From Mobula hypostoma (lineage: Eukaryota), in NCBI RefSeq assembly GCF_963921235.1, contig NC_086106.1, positions 21,266,001 to 21,330,000 of the forward strand: 64,000 nt of DNA, given 5' to 3'. The notes beneath the pieces were generated by a model. The model was not told the DNA's origin, did no database searches, and saw only the letters and a list, made by a program, of their open reading frames with translations. The position numbers and the translations under genes were made by a program. How positions within the stretch are numbered: position 1 is the first letter of the stretch; every line of letters starts with the position of its first letter. This document shows, piece after piece, positions 1-12,689 of the stretch.

Positions 1-906
1 CACGGGAGATTGCAAGAGTGGATTTAGAGATCCCTTGCACTCGGAAGGCATAGCGTGGTCTTGGTTGGAATTTACTATGCCAAGCATTTCAAGAATTGCA
101 GATGCTCCTTTAGTAACTGTTTCGAGACCCTCACTCTTTGTGACATTAAAAATTACCGTGTGATTTTGTGTAAAGATTTTTATGTGAAAGTAGATAAATT
201 GCATAAAGAATAGTGACGTTTAGTACTGAGTAGAAAGTTGTCACATGTTGCAATGTGATATAGAGAGAATGTAGAGTTGGGTAGACAAATGAGAAATTAC
301 ATTTTAAATGGAGGTGAGGGGGGGGGACTAGTGTGAAATAACCAGCATTAGAAGATTGTACAGGATTATGAGGAGGATTCTTAGAGGCGCAGTGGTACAG
401 ATGGATTTCGGCATCCACGTTAGTATGTTTCCCATTGCTGCCACGCAAGGGAATTTAAGAAATAACATGGTGTACTGGATAGTGATTTTAAACGCTGCGA
501 GTAGATACTATGCATCTCGCAAATATCCGGTGAAACAACACGAAGAGAATTGCGTTAATTTCTGAGTACCTTATTATAGAGAGGATGTCTGAAGTTTAGT
601 GAGAGAGCACAAAAAATTACCATGAGGCCTCGAAGATTAGAGAATGCCTTAAGCGGAAATTTTGAAAAAATCTAGAGATTATCATTTTGGAACAACGCTA
701 GTTGACAGTCAACTTAATATAAACGCGTTCGACTATGAAAGGCACCGATAAGATTTTCCTCAGGGCGGTAATGCCAAGCACCAGAAACTTCGGTTTATGG
801 TTACTAGAAGGAAATTTACCGCAGATATCTGAAATATTGTGGCTTTTTTTCACAGAGAATAGTGAGTGACTGAACTTCATGCCGGAGATGGTAGAATCTT
901 CATGAT

Positions 907-2150
907 AAACACAAACTAATCTGCCGATGCTGTGATCAAAGCAACACTTTCAGTAGGCTGGATGAACTCAGCAGGTAGGGCAGCATCAGTCAAAAACGAT
1001 GAGTCGACGTATTCAGAACCCTTCGTCGGGACTGAAGAATGAAAGATGGGGAAGGATTTAAAGAATGCCTGTAGCTTCAGTTCAAAGACCAGTAATTTGA
1101 AAGGCAAAGGGGTTGGAGATAGGAAGCTTTGACGTCATAGCCCTGAAAACAATAGGTAGTAGAAGAAGAAAGTGGAACCATGAAGAAGCTGGTGGAGGGG
1201 GTAGAGTGAAATAGGAAGAGAGGAAGGGAGGGGAGGGAATTACCGGAATCTGGAGAATTCTATGTTCATATCGATGGGCTTCAGACTAGCTGGACGGTAT
1301 ATGAGGTGTTGCTCCTCCAACCTGAGTTTAGCCTCATCAAGGCTGTAGAGGAGGCCATGTATGGACATATCTGAATGGGAATGGAAGCAGAGTTGAGCTG
1401 GGTGGCTACGGGGAGATCCTGTCTGTTGTGGTGGACGGAGTGGAGGTGCCTGACGAAGCGGCGCCCAATTTGCGTCTGGTTTCACAGATGTAGAGGAGGC
1501 CGCACCGGGAGCACGGGATGCAATAGATAACCACAACAGACTCACAGGTGAAGTGCTGTCACATCTGGAAGGACTGTTTGGGCCCCTGAATGATCGCAGG
1601 AGATTAAGTGTTGGGACCGGTGCAACACTTACACTTACAGGGATAAGTTGTAGGTGGGAGATATGTGGGAATGGACGTGTGTATAAGTGAGTCGGGGAGG
1701 GACTGATCCCTGCGGAAAGCGGAGACGGGTGGAGAGGGAAAGATGTACTTATTTGTGGGGTCCTGTTGAAGGTGGCAGAAGTTGCGGAGGATAATGTGCT
1801 GGATCCGGAGGCTGGTGGGGTGGTAGGTAAGGACAAGGGGAACTCTGTCGCTGTTGTGGTTCCGGCAGGATGGGGTGACTGCCGAAGTGTGGGAAATGGA
1901 AGAGATGCAGGTGAGGGCATTATTGATGACGGTAGAAGGGAAACCAGGATCCTTTAAGAAAGAGGACATTTAAGATGTCCTGGAACGGAAAACCTCAACT
2001 TCGGAGCAGATGCGGCGGAGACGGAGGAACTGGGAATAGGGAATGGCATTTTTGCATGTGCGGGCTGGGAAGAGATATAGTTGAGGTAATTAAGAGAGTC
2101 AGTGGGCTTCTAGTAGAAGAAAGAAAGAAAGAAAGAACGAAAGAAAGAAA
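907..2150 (-). mobile_element. 5'-truncated Penelope-like retroelement (GIY-YIG C-terminus), copy 1
   Basis: Minus ORFs 1604-1969 and the end of 1240-1920 (HSHSDMSIHGLLY...LRLEEQHLIYR...NIEFSRFR) match the GIY-YIG-bearing ORF at 25004-25330. Flanked by a 14-bp direct repeat AGAA(T/C)CTTCATGAT (893-906 and 2151-2164). The empty site is seen at 59154-59167. Confidence 0.8.
2115..2150 (+). repeat. (GAAA)n microsatellite at the end of the Penelope-like insert
   Basis: gaagaaagaaagaaagaaagaacgaaagaaagaaa. Confidence 0.9.
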
Positions 2151-2968
2151 AGAACCTTCATGATGATATTTAAAAAAAAGATACTACTATGTAGAGATAT
2201 AATAGTGTCTTTGATGAGGGAATGTTTGGATAGATAGTTTAGTATTGTAAATTAGTTGCCAGAACAAAGCCCGGCGTAGGGTCCGTAGAGTGTTGCCCTG
2301 ATTGATATTCTGTGTTTTATGTTCTTTGAGATGGTCAACGGCAGATAGTCCGTCGTTTTGTTCTTTCTTAACACCAAAAGTGTTATCATCAGTTTATCAT
2401 TTTGCTCATGTTAAGTGCATCTCATTTGTTATAAGAATTTTCTTTTTCATGATTTTTTGCAGGACTGGGGGAAACACTTTGTCAGCTTTTGTAAATTTGA
2501 GGTTGCTCATTAGCTTCTGACAACCAAAAGAAAAATAAAAGGCCCGGCCACTTATATCATGACTCAAAGGAAGTTCAGCACCGAACTTCCACAGGTGCAT
2601 AAATAAATACCCTGCCAAATATACTTAAGAAACAAATGAAACAGTTAAATTCGTTTTGAAAATTTATGAGTAGCATCTTACTATAGAATTTTTCTATGTG
2701 GTTCATGTCAAATTACATACTTTGGAATGTGTAGGAGTACCGAGGGTCTGTACATACTATGTCCGTACATACAAATTAATAACATCTCGCATCATCTCAA
2801 AACCGGATTCCAATGTTCCTGGCAATATTTGCATAATGCTTTTCCGAAAAAAAACGTACAAAATTCTCTTGAATTCAAATAATCGATCTACACAGAAGAT
2901 TCAAAGGAGACATTCCATGGATCTACGATCTTGCAGAGAAGTGAAATTAGGAAAACATTTTTTTTTTC

Positions 2969-2984
2969 CACCAGGGAGATAGGT
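2969..2984 (-). pseudogene. Stub of supporting TCR-delta V exon (splice acceptor plus first ~16 nt), cassette B1
   Basis: ttcttcag|ACCTATCTCCCTGGTG aligns with ccttcag|ATCCTATATCTCTGGTG of the intact supporting V (36493) with 1 nt missing. Upstream intron is homologous to 14970-15100. The rest of the V is absent. Confidence 0.6.
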
Positions 2985-4325
2985 CTGAAGAAATGTAAAT
3001 GACGCATCACAATTAATTCTCTACCGTTACTGGATCCGCCATGACTAGGAATAGGTGAAGGTTTCAGAAAGGCTGGTTTCGTTCACAATGTGTAAAAAAT
3101 GCTGTTATTGTCCTTGCCGATTTTTCCAACGACATGCCGAGGTGGAGAAATAATTGGCACCTGGTGCAGGTGGAGAAATTAAATTACTGTACGTAAATGC
3201 TAGAAAATATGAAAGTTCACGGAAATAATAATTAATATACGGTATATTTATAAACAATCTGCCAGCGCGGGAACCCTGAGAGATGGAAGTTCAACCTGTT
3301 CCATTGTATAAAATACATTACTGCAATTATTTTGTGAGAAAGGACGAATGAGAAAAAAATGATTGAAAAACAATTTTATTTACAACGACTGATGCACTAT
3401 CTACAGATTTGTTGCTCTTTAATTTAGCGAAATAAGATCCATGAGAGGGGAATGATTTTCAATGTCTGGGTGTAGAAACTGTGCGGTGAGGTGTACAGGC
3501 TTTTAAATTTAATACACCGCGGTGTAAAACTTCATAACCAGTCCGTGTAACACACCCTAATGCGAAAGGAACTCAGCAGACCAGCCAATATTGATGGAAC
3601 ATAGTAAACAGGCGATGTTTCAGGCATAGATACATCATCACGATATTCATGTATATACTGCCTGACTTGTGAAGAACATCTAGCATTTTCGCTGTATTGC
3701 TTGTTTTTTTAGCATCTGTAGATTTTCTCATGTTTCCTTATTTGCAGTGAGAGGTCATTATCCGTATTACTTATAGTTCAATCAGTTTTCATACGTGTTT
3801 TATTCCCCCTGATGATGTTTCTTCTACTTTGGCAACATATGGTATATATGTTATCATCTTAAAATGTTCTGCCGGATGTCGCTTGCATTGCAGTTTATAT
3901 GTGGGTGGCAGGCTCATTCGCAACTGGGAGTCTCCACTGACTAATCACATCTGGAGGTTGTGCATGATAAATGGTGAATTTCTGAAGCTTTCAACGTGCA
4001 GTTTCCGTGTACCTGCGGAGTCAGTTAGCACACAACATTTCTGAGAAGTTCCGTCAAACTTGATTACGCAAAGTGATGACCCAAGATTAGCATTTCTTCT
4101 TCTGCCCCCATAACCATTTGCTGGCAACACAAATGAACGCTCTGCGTCTGCGAACGCACTCTTGTCTCTACTCTTGTAATGCATGGTTACAGAGCTGCGC
4201 AGCTTTTACTTAAATTGTACGTTTCCAAAGAAGAGCTCATTGCTGGCAATCCAAACGCATATATATATATATATATATATTTCCAATCTTAAAGCATCTA
4301 TCTACGAAATCTCAATGAAACTTGA

Positions 4326-7300
4326 AGGAACAGAGCCTGATACAGCGGACAGCGTAGTTTGCGGGCTGAGGAGTGAGCCGGGAGCAGAGTGAAGATTTAA
4401 GGGCGTCGGAGGAAACGGGCGAGGCGAGGAAGGTTTGGCATTCATTTTCTGTTGTTATTTGAGGAGAGGGGCAGTATGAGTGTGAGGGCAGTTTACTGTT
4501 CTCGGTGTCGGATGTGGGAGGCCCTGGAGTCTCCAAGCTTCCCGGACGTCTATATCTGCGCCAAGTGCATCGAGATGCAGCTCCTAAGGGACCGCGTTAC
4601 GGAACAGGAGCTGCAGCTCGATGAACTTCGTCTGGTCAGGGAGAGTGAGGAGTTGGTAGAGAGGAGTTGCAGGTAGGTGGTCACACCGGGTCCACGGGAG
4701 GCAGACAAGTGGGTCACGGTTAGGAGGGGGAAGGAGAAGAGTCAGGTAATAGAGAGTACCACAGTGGCTGTGCCCCTTAACAATAGGTACTCCTGTTTGA
4801 GTACTGTTGGGGGGAACAGCTTACCCGGGGGAAGCGACAGTGGCCGTGCCTCCGGCACAGACTCTGGTCCTGTAGCTCAGAAGGGTAGGGCAGTTGTGAT
4901 AGGGGACTCGATAGTAAGGGGGTCAGGTAGACGATTCTGTGGACGCAGTTCAGAGACCCGGATGGTAGTTTGCCTCCCTGGTGCCAGGGTGGGATATTTC
5001 TGATCGTGTTCAAGATATCCTGAAGTGGGAGGGTGAGGAGCCAGAGGTCCTGGTACATATAGGTACCAATGACATAGGTAGGAAAAGGGATGAGGTCCTG
5101 AAAGGAGAATATTGGGAGCTAAGGAGGGAGTTGAGAAAAAGGACCGCAAAGGTAGTCATCTCGGGATTACTGCCTGTGCCACGCGTCAGTGAGAGTAGGA
5201 ATGCGATGAGGTGGAGGATAAATGCGTGGCTCAGGGATTGGAGCAGGGGGCAGGGATTCAAGTTTTTGGATTATTGGGACCTCTTTTGGCGCAGGCGTGA
5301 CCTGTACAAAAAGGACGGGTTACACTTGAATCCTAGGGGGACCAATATCCTGGCAGGCAGATTAGCGAGGGGTACTGAGGTGACTATAAACTAGAATGGT
5401 TGGAGGGTGGGAATCAAATTAAAGAGGCTAGGCGAGAGGAGGTTAGTTCACAACAGGGGGATGGGAATGAGTGCAGAGAGACAGAGGTGTGTAAAGTGAG
5501 GGTAGAAGCAAAAGGTACTAAGGAGAAAAGTAAAAGTGGCTGGCCGACAAATCCAGGGCAAGCATTAAAAAGGGCCACTTTTCAACATAATTGTATAAGG
5601 GCTAAGAGAGTTGTAAAAGAGCGCCTGAAGGCTTTGTGTTTCAATGAAAGGAGCATTCGTAATAAGGTGGATGAATTGAAAGTGCAGATTGTTATTAATG
5701 ATTATGATATAGTTGTGATCACAGAGACATGGCTCCAGGGTGACCAAGGATGGGAGCTCAACCTTCAGGGATATTCAATATTCAGGAGGGATAGACATGA
5801 AAGAAAAGGCGGTGGGGTGGCGTTGCTGGTTAAAGAGGAGATTAACACAATAGAAATGAAGGACATAAGCCGGGAAGATGTGGAATCGATATGGGTAGAG
5901 CTGCGTAACACTAAAGGGCATAAAACGCTGGTGGGAGTTGTGTACAGGCCACCTAACAGTAGTAATGAGGTCGGAGATGGTATTAAACAGGAAATTAGAA
6001 ATGTGTGCAATAAAGGAACAGCAGTTATAATGGGTAACTTCAATCTACATGCAGATTGGGTGAACCAAATTGGTAAAGGTGCTGAGGAAGAGGATTTCTT
6101 GGAATGTATGCGGGATGGTTTTTTGAACCAACATGTCGAGGAACCAACTGGAGAGCAGGCTATTCTGGACTGGGTTTTGAGCAATGAGGAAGGCTTAATT
6201 AGCAATCTTGTCGTGAGAGGCCCCTTGGGTAAAAGTGACCATAATATGGTGGAATTATTTTTTTTTAAGATGGAGAGTGACATAGTTAATTCAGAAACAA
6301 ACATTCTGAACTTAAAGAGGGGTAACTTTGAAGGTATGAGACGTGAATTAGCTAAGATAGACTGGCAAATGACTTAAAGGATTGACGGTGGATATGCAAT
6401 GGCAAGCATTTAAAGATTGCATGGATGAACTACAACAATTGTTCATCCCAGTTTGGCAAAATAATAAATCAAGGATGGTAGTGCACCCGTGGCTGACAAG
6501 AGAACTTAGGGATAGTATCAATTCCAAAGAAGAAGCATACAAATTAGCCAGAAAAGCGGCTCACCTGAGGATTGGGAGAAACTCAGAGTTCAGCAGAGGA
6601 GGACAAAGGGCTTAATTAGGAAGAGGGAAAAAAAAAAAAGATTATGAGAGAAAACTGGCAGGGAACATAAAAACTGACTGTAAAAGCTTTTATAGATATG
6701 TAAAAAGGAAAAGGCTGGTAAAGCCAAATGTAGGTCCCCTACAGACAGAAACAGGTGAATTGATTATGGGGAGCAAGGACATGGCAGACCAATTGAATAA
6801 TTACTTTGGTTCTGTCTTCACTAATGAGGACATAAATAATCCTCCAGAAATAGTAGGGGACAGAGTGTCAAGTGAGATATGGGAACTGAGCGAAATACAT
6901 TTTAGTAGGGAAGAGTTGCTCGGAAAATTGAAGGGATTGAAGGCAGATAAATCCCCAGGGCCAGATGGTCTACATCGCAGAGTGCTTAAGGAAGTAGCCC
7001 AAGAAATAGTGGATGCATTAGTAATAATTTTTCAAAACTCGTTAAATTCTGGACTGGTTCCTGAGGATTGGAGGGTGGCTAATGTAACCCCATTTTTTTA
7101 AAAAAAAGGAGGGAGAGAGAAACCGGGGAATTATAGACCGGTTAGCCTAACGTCGGTGGTGGGGAAACTGCTGGAGTCAGTTATCAAAGATGTGATAACA
7201 GCACATTTTGAAAGCGGTGAAATCATCGGACAAAGTCAGCATGGATTTGTGAAAGGAAAATCATGTCTGACGAATCTCATAGAATTTTTTGAGTATGTAA

Positions 7301-8530
7301 CTAGTAGAGTGGATAGGGGAAAACCAGTGGATGTGGTATATTTGGATTTTCAAAAGGCTTTTGACAAGGTCCCACACAGGAGATTAGTGTGTAAACTTAA
7401 AGCACACGGTATTGGGAGTAAGGTATTGATGTGGATAGAGAATTGGTTATCAGACAGGAAGCAAAGAGTGGGAATAAACGGGACCTTTTCAGAATGACAG
7501 GCGGTGACTAGTGGGGTACCGCAAGGCTGAGTGCTGGGACCCCAGTTGTTTACAATATATATTAATGACTTGGATGAGGGAATTAAATGCAGCATCTCCA
7601 AGTTTGCGGATGACACGATGCTGGGTGGCAGTGTTAGCTGTGAGGAGGATGCTAAGAATATGCAGAGTGACTTGGATAGGTTGGGTGAGTGGGCAAATTC
7701 ATGGCAGGTGCAATTTAATGTGGGTAAGTGTGAAGTTATCCACTTTGGTGGCAAAAATAGGAAAACAGATTATTATCTGAATGGTGGCCGATTAGGAAAA
7801 GGGGAGGTGCAACGAGACCTGGGTGTCATTATACACCAGTCATTGAAAGTGGGCATGCAGGTACAGCAGGCGGTGAGAAAGGCGAATGGTATGCTGGCAT
7901 TTATAGCGAGAGGATTCGAGTACAGGAGCAGGGAGGTTCTACTGCAGTTGTACAAGGCCTTGGTGAGACCACTCCTGGAGTACTGTGTGTAGTTTTGGTC
8001 CCCTAATCTGAGGAAAGATATCCTGGCCATAGAGGGAGTACAAAGTAGGTTCACCAGATTGATTCCTGCGATGGCAGGACTTTCATATGAAGAAAGACTG
8101 GATGAACTGGGCTTATACTGGTTGGAATGCAGAAGATCGAGGGGAGATCTGATTGAAACGTATAAAATCCTAAAGGACAGGCTAGATGCAGGAAGATTGT
8201 TCCCGATGTTGGGAAAGTCCAGAACGAGGAGTCACAGTTTGAGGATAAAGGGGAAGCCTTTTAGGACCGAGATTAGGAAAAACTTCTTCACACCGAGAGT
8301 GGTGAATCTGTGGAATTCTCTGCACAGGAAACAGTTGAGGCCAGTTCATTGGCTATATTTAAGAAGGAGTTAGATATGGCCCTTATGGCTACTGGGATCA
8401 GGGGGTATGGAGGGAACGCTGGGGCAGGGTTCTGAGATGGATGATCAGCCGTGATCATAATAAATGGCGGTGCAGACTCGAAGCGCCGAATGGCGTACTC
8501 CTGCACCTATTTTCTATGTTTCTATGTTTC
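4326..8530 (+). mobile_element. Near full-length CR1 LINE (ORF1 zinc finger + SGNH esterase; ORF2 APE endonuclease + RT), disrupted
   Basis: ORF1 pieces CSRCRMW..CAKC, VIGDSIVRG, HIGTND, DGLHLN. ORF2 pieces ITETWL, LVGVVYRPP, YLDFQKAFDKVPH, SKFADDT. 3' tail (TTTCTATG)n. The uninterrupted site gaaatctcaatcaaacttga|tatattcaac is seen at ~48491-48520. Multiple stops and frameshifts. Confidence 0.95.
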
Positions 8531-8724
8531 TATATTATACAAAACTACCCTTGAAAGCACTTCGATGAAACGGCTTTATAAATTACGTTATTTCACATGT
8601 AATGTACAATGGAATTCACCAGAACGCAATTTGAAAGTAATCATACTTATGGTTCTATTTCCTGAATCCAGCATATATAACCTTATTCGGATCTGAAAGG
8701 TTTGTTCGATTATCCTTCGTTGTG

Positions 8725-8738
8725 CGTATTCGGAAATC
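8725..8738 (-). other. NAR-TCR D segment, cassette B1 (12/12 RSS, 8697-8766)
   Basis: Plus strand aaggtttgt-12-cgttgtg [cgtattcggaaatc] cacagtg-12-ttcaaatct. Confidence 0.8.
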
Positions 8739-9076
8739 CACAGTGCTTCATGTCAGGTTCAAATCTCAGAATAGGACTGAGCTGCAGGTAAAAGCTTCCC
8801 AACTACTATTCCTGCTTCCATCCTGTTGGAGCAGTGTGACATCTGAAGTAAGGGTTTGGGAAGAGGGAAAAGGATTATGAATTGCTGTTCGCTAAAAACG
8901 GAATTGTGAAAGGCGGTTTTGTACATGCAAACTCAGAAGAGAAGAGAAAGAGTATGAACAGTTAACGTCATGACCCATTACAAAATATAATGTACGGAAC
9001 GCCGGAGAAATGCCTCGTTGAATTACGGACAGATTAACCCTATTCCTTAAGCTGTTGATAAGATAAATTGCAGCGA

Positions 9077-9115
9077 GTATTTGAGTACAGCGGGATTCGC
9101 TCTCCAAGCTCTGTG
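9077..9115 (-). promoter_or_regulatory. 23-RSS of NAR-like V B1
   Basis: CACAGAG-cttggagagcgaatcccgctgta-CTCAAATAC (non-canonical nonamer). Confidence 0.7.
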
Positions 9116-9406
9116 AACATTCATGTTCATATTCAAATTTACAGAAATAGGTGGCGATGCACTTAAATCCAAGATTCAAAATTTTAAGAATAATCGTAAT
9201 TCATGCTTTATTTTCCGTTGCAATAAATCTTCCTCCTGTGCAGATATGCTCCCAGACCGTTCCTGACTGTGTTTGTTTGAAGAACTGTCCGTTTATAAAT
9301 TAATCGCTTGATGAATTTTTACGGAATCTGCATGTGATGGTGAGAGACAAGCATTATATTTTCTCCACCGCTCTCGGGCTCTGCATCACTGATTTGCCGA
9401 AGAGGA
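9116..9406 (-). pseudogene. NAR-TCR V pseudogene exon, cassette B1
   Basis: 291 nt, same length as the A-type V: SVMQSPRAVEKI*CLSLTITCRFRKNSSSD*FINGQFFKQ...KA*ITIILKILNLGFKCIATYFCKFEYEHEC; three in-frame stops. Confidence 0.9.
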
Positions 9407-9553
9407 CTGGAAATTAAGAAAATGCAGAACAGAAGCGTCATTAGATGTGAAATACGCAAGACGACTAATACTATGACTTCATGAAATTCTTAATCTACCT
9501 GTTCACAATTATATCTAACTCGCATACTGCAGAGAATTGTGTACGGTCCTCAC

Positions 9554-9596
9554 GCCGAAAGCCGTTGCAGAGCGTGACATTCAAGAGGAAGTTCAT
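9554..9596 (-). pseudogene. Leader exon, cassette B1
   Basis: ATG..MNFLLNVTLCNGFR+1 nt|gtgagg; 43-nt phase-1 exon; TATAAA-like motif at 9622-9627. Confidence 0.8.
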
Positions 9597-10224
9597 CGTT
9601 TCGTCTCCGGGTGTAAGATGGTTTATATGACGGAGAGCTAGACTGCTGTGTTACGTTATTCCTCAGAACAGGGCAGAGACACCGCTGACGGTTGCGGTTC
9701 TAGATTTATGCAATTGCTGCGCTCTTTCCGAATTACCTTTTTTGCGAGAAAGCGTCTGGTTTAATGAAAAATAGCTATGGGTCATTTCCCACTCAAGCTC
9801 TTTGAAACTGATGAGAAGGGTCCTCCATGATAGTTTTGACGTCAATACCAGTGATTCTTCATATTTTTGATGAATTCGAAAAGACCAGGCATATGCGAAA
9901 AGAACATGAAAAAAAAATGACACGTGCCAGGATGAAAACATATCTCATCAAGATAACTGAGAGTGTCACTAGGTTTATAAATATATCATCAGCCATATCC
10001 AGATGTTTTCAGGGATGGAGTCAAGGTGATAGAGAATGGTGGGAAAAGTGTCTGAACAAGTGAGCTTTATGGAACTGTGGAAGTTGATGAAATTTACGAG
10101 TTCAAAAAGGGTATATGCATTACGCCAGTAGTTACCAGATGTGGCTATTATCTTTAACCACTTCAGAGGCAACGGTTGAATAAACAGGTCATAGAGTACA
10201 ATGTATTTCATTGGGATAAGACCA

Positions 10225-12670
10225 TAAGAATAGAATTACCGAGTTGATTTACTGAGTCTGCTCGGCCATTCAATCTTGGCTGATCCATTCTTTTTCCTCC
10301 TAAATCTCATTTACCGGCATTCTCCCGTAATCGTTGTTATTATGTCTAATCCAAAACGTATCAATCTCTCTCTTAAATACATCCAGCGACTTGGACACCA
10401 CAGCTACTTGTTGCAATAATTTGCACATATCACCACCCACTGGTAAAATGAATTTCTACGCAGCTCTGTTTTATTTTTTTGAATGGCCGCCCCTCTGTCC
10501 TGAGGCTGTGCCCTCTTGTCCTAGTCTCGCCCACCAATGGAAACATCCTTTCCGTATCTACTTTGACAGGGACTTTCAAAATTAGAACGTTTTCAATGAG
10601 ATCCCCTTCATTCGTTTAAGTCACAGGGAGTACAGACCCACACCCATCAAGAAAAAAAAATATATATATATATGCCGGTATGTCAACCCTTTCATTCCTG
10701 GAATAACCCTTGTGAACCTACTGTGGACCATCTCCAATACCAGCACGTGTTTTCTAAAATGAGCAACCTAAAACAGTTCACAATAAGCAAGATGAGATTT
10801 CACTAGTGCGTCATAAATTCTCAGCATCACATACCTGCAATTCCATTCTGGCCCACTGAAATGAATGCCAACATTGCAGTTGCCTTTCTGACCACCGAAT
10901 GAACCTACAAGTTAACATTCAGTGGGTTCTTCACAAAGACTTCCAACTAACTTGCATCTCAGAGATTTGGATTTTCTCCCCGTTTAGAAAGTACTCCATT
11001 TCATATTCCATTTGACACTTTGTTGTAGATTCTCCTCATCTGTCTGAGGCTTTCTGCATCCGACTTGGTTCCGCAACACTCCCTGCCTCTGCAATTATGT
11101 TCATATCTTCTGCCAACCTGACCAAAAAGGTAGCTATTTTATATTCAAAATCATTTGTATCCAACATAAACAGAACTGGTCCTACACCTACCCATGCGGG
11201 AAAACACCAGTAACTGGCACCAAACTAACAAGGATCCATTATTCCCATTCACCGCCTCTTTCAATCAACCACTGCTCTAACCTTCCCGTAATACAGCAAG
11301 CATTTAACTTGGTAAGCAGCCTAATGTTGGCACCTTGTCAAAGGCCTTCCGGAAGGTCCTCATATGCAAAATCCACTGCTTCCCCTTTATTGTTGTACTT
11401 GTTATCCCCTCAATGAATTCCAACAGATTTGACAGGCAAGATTTCACCGTAAGGGAACAATACTGACTTTGTACTATCTTCTCCCGTGTCACAAATTACT
11501 CCATCACCTCAGCCTCAACAACTGACTCTAACATCTTCCCAACAACTGAGGTCAGGCTGAATTCTGTATATTTTTTTCTGCTTTTCTTCTCTCTTAAAAA
11601 GTAGATTGACTTTTGAAATTTTCCAGTTCTCTGGCACCATGCCAGAGTCTAATGATGTTGGAAGGAACATTGTTAATGCCACCTCAATCTCTCAAGCTAC
11701 ATCTTTCACACACCTAGGGTAGCTATATAATGTTAGGTCTTTCAGCTTTTTGAGCACTTTCCCTCAAGTTATAGTAACCTGCACCTTGTTCTCTTCATCC
11801 ACACATTACAACATCTGACACACTTCTCCTGTCTTCAACAGGAAAGACTGATGCAAAATTCTGCCATATTTTTATACCCCGTTGTTACTTATTTACCTCA
11901 TTTGATGCCGGTGCTATATCCACTCTCATTTATCTTTTATTTCTTACATAATTAATAAGGGTTTTCGATCCATTATGATAGAATCCGCTAGCTTGCTGTC
12001 ATGTGCCTTATTTCCCCTTCGAATGATTCTTTTAGCTGCTCTCTGCAGCTTTTTAAACACTTTCCATTCCTCTATCTTTCCACTAATGTTTGCTTCTTTG
12101 GATGCCTATGTTTTATTTTTAGATTAGCGTTGACTTCTCTTTCAGGCACGGTCGTGGAATATTGCCATTCGGGTAATTCTTCATGCTTTGGAATACACAT
12201 GTTATTCCTCATTTTACCCAGAAACTCACGCCATTGTCGCTCTGCATAATCTCTGCGAGCAGCTTCTTTCAATTTACTTTGGCCAGCACCTCTTTCGTGC
12301 CACTGTACTTTCTGTTGCTCCAGTTAAATAGTGCTACATGAACGTTTATTTCCTCCCTATCAAATTTCAAGTTGAAGTCTATCACATTATGATCACTGGT
12401 TCCTCAGGGTTCTTTTATGTTCAGCTGCCTAATCGCGCCCGTTCCTTACTTAACAGCCGATCTCTTATAGCTGATTCGCTTGTGCGCTGAACAACAAATT
12501 GCTATAAAAACCATCTCTTTGGCATTCAACAAGCTTATTCTCCGAATCGACCTGCATGTTAAAATCATCATGGCTACCATAACATTGCTCTTTTAGACGG
12601 GCCTTTTCTATTTCCAACTGTAATCTGTGGTTCAACTCCCAGCTACTGTTGGAAGAACAGTATTTAACTG
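10225..12670 (-). mobile_element. Old degenerate CR1 LINE, shared by the duplicated units
   Basis: Minus fragments (KSCLSNLLEF...FRKAFDKVP at 11304-11492) and a CR1-type 3' end; paralogous copies at ~32.6 and ~50.35 kb. Confidence 0.8.
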
Positions 12671-12689
12671 AGATCATAGGCATGCACGC

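Noticed and set aside
3945-4184. ~77-79-aa minus-strand ORF (MHYKSR...IMHNL) repeated at 27633-27866 and 61763-61996
   Set aside because: It lies in the J-to-supporting-V intron of B cassettes. The B3 copy (~48.2-48.4 kb) has an early stop, there is no recognisable domain or leader, and the similarity is explained by segmental duplication.
5010-8054. Long minus-strand ORFs (e.g. 5765-6304, 7350-7754; likewise 60273-60797)
   Set aside because: Antisense shadows of CR1 ORF1/ORF2.
9708-9715. Octamer-like ATGCAATT ~110 bp upstream of B leaders as an Ig-type promoter octamer
   Set aside because: One mismatch in B1/B3 and more degenerate in B2, B4 and both intact A cassettes (ATTCAATT), so it is not conserved where function is expected.
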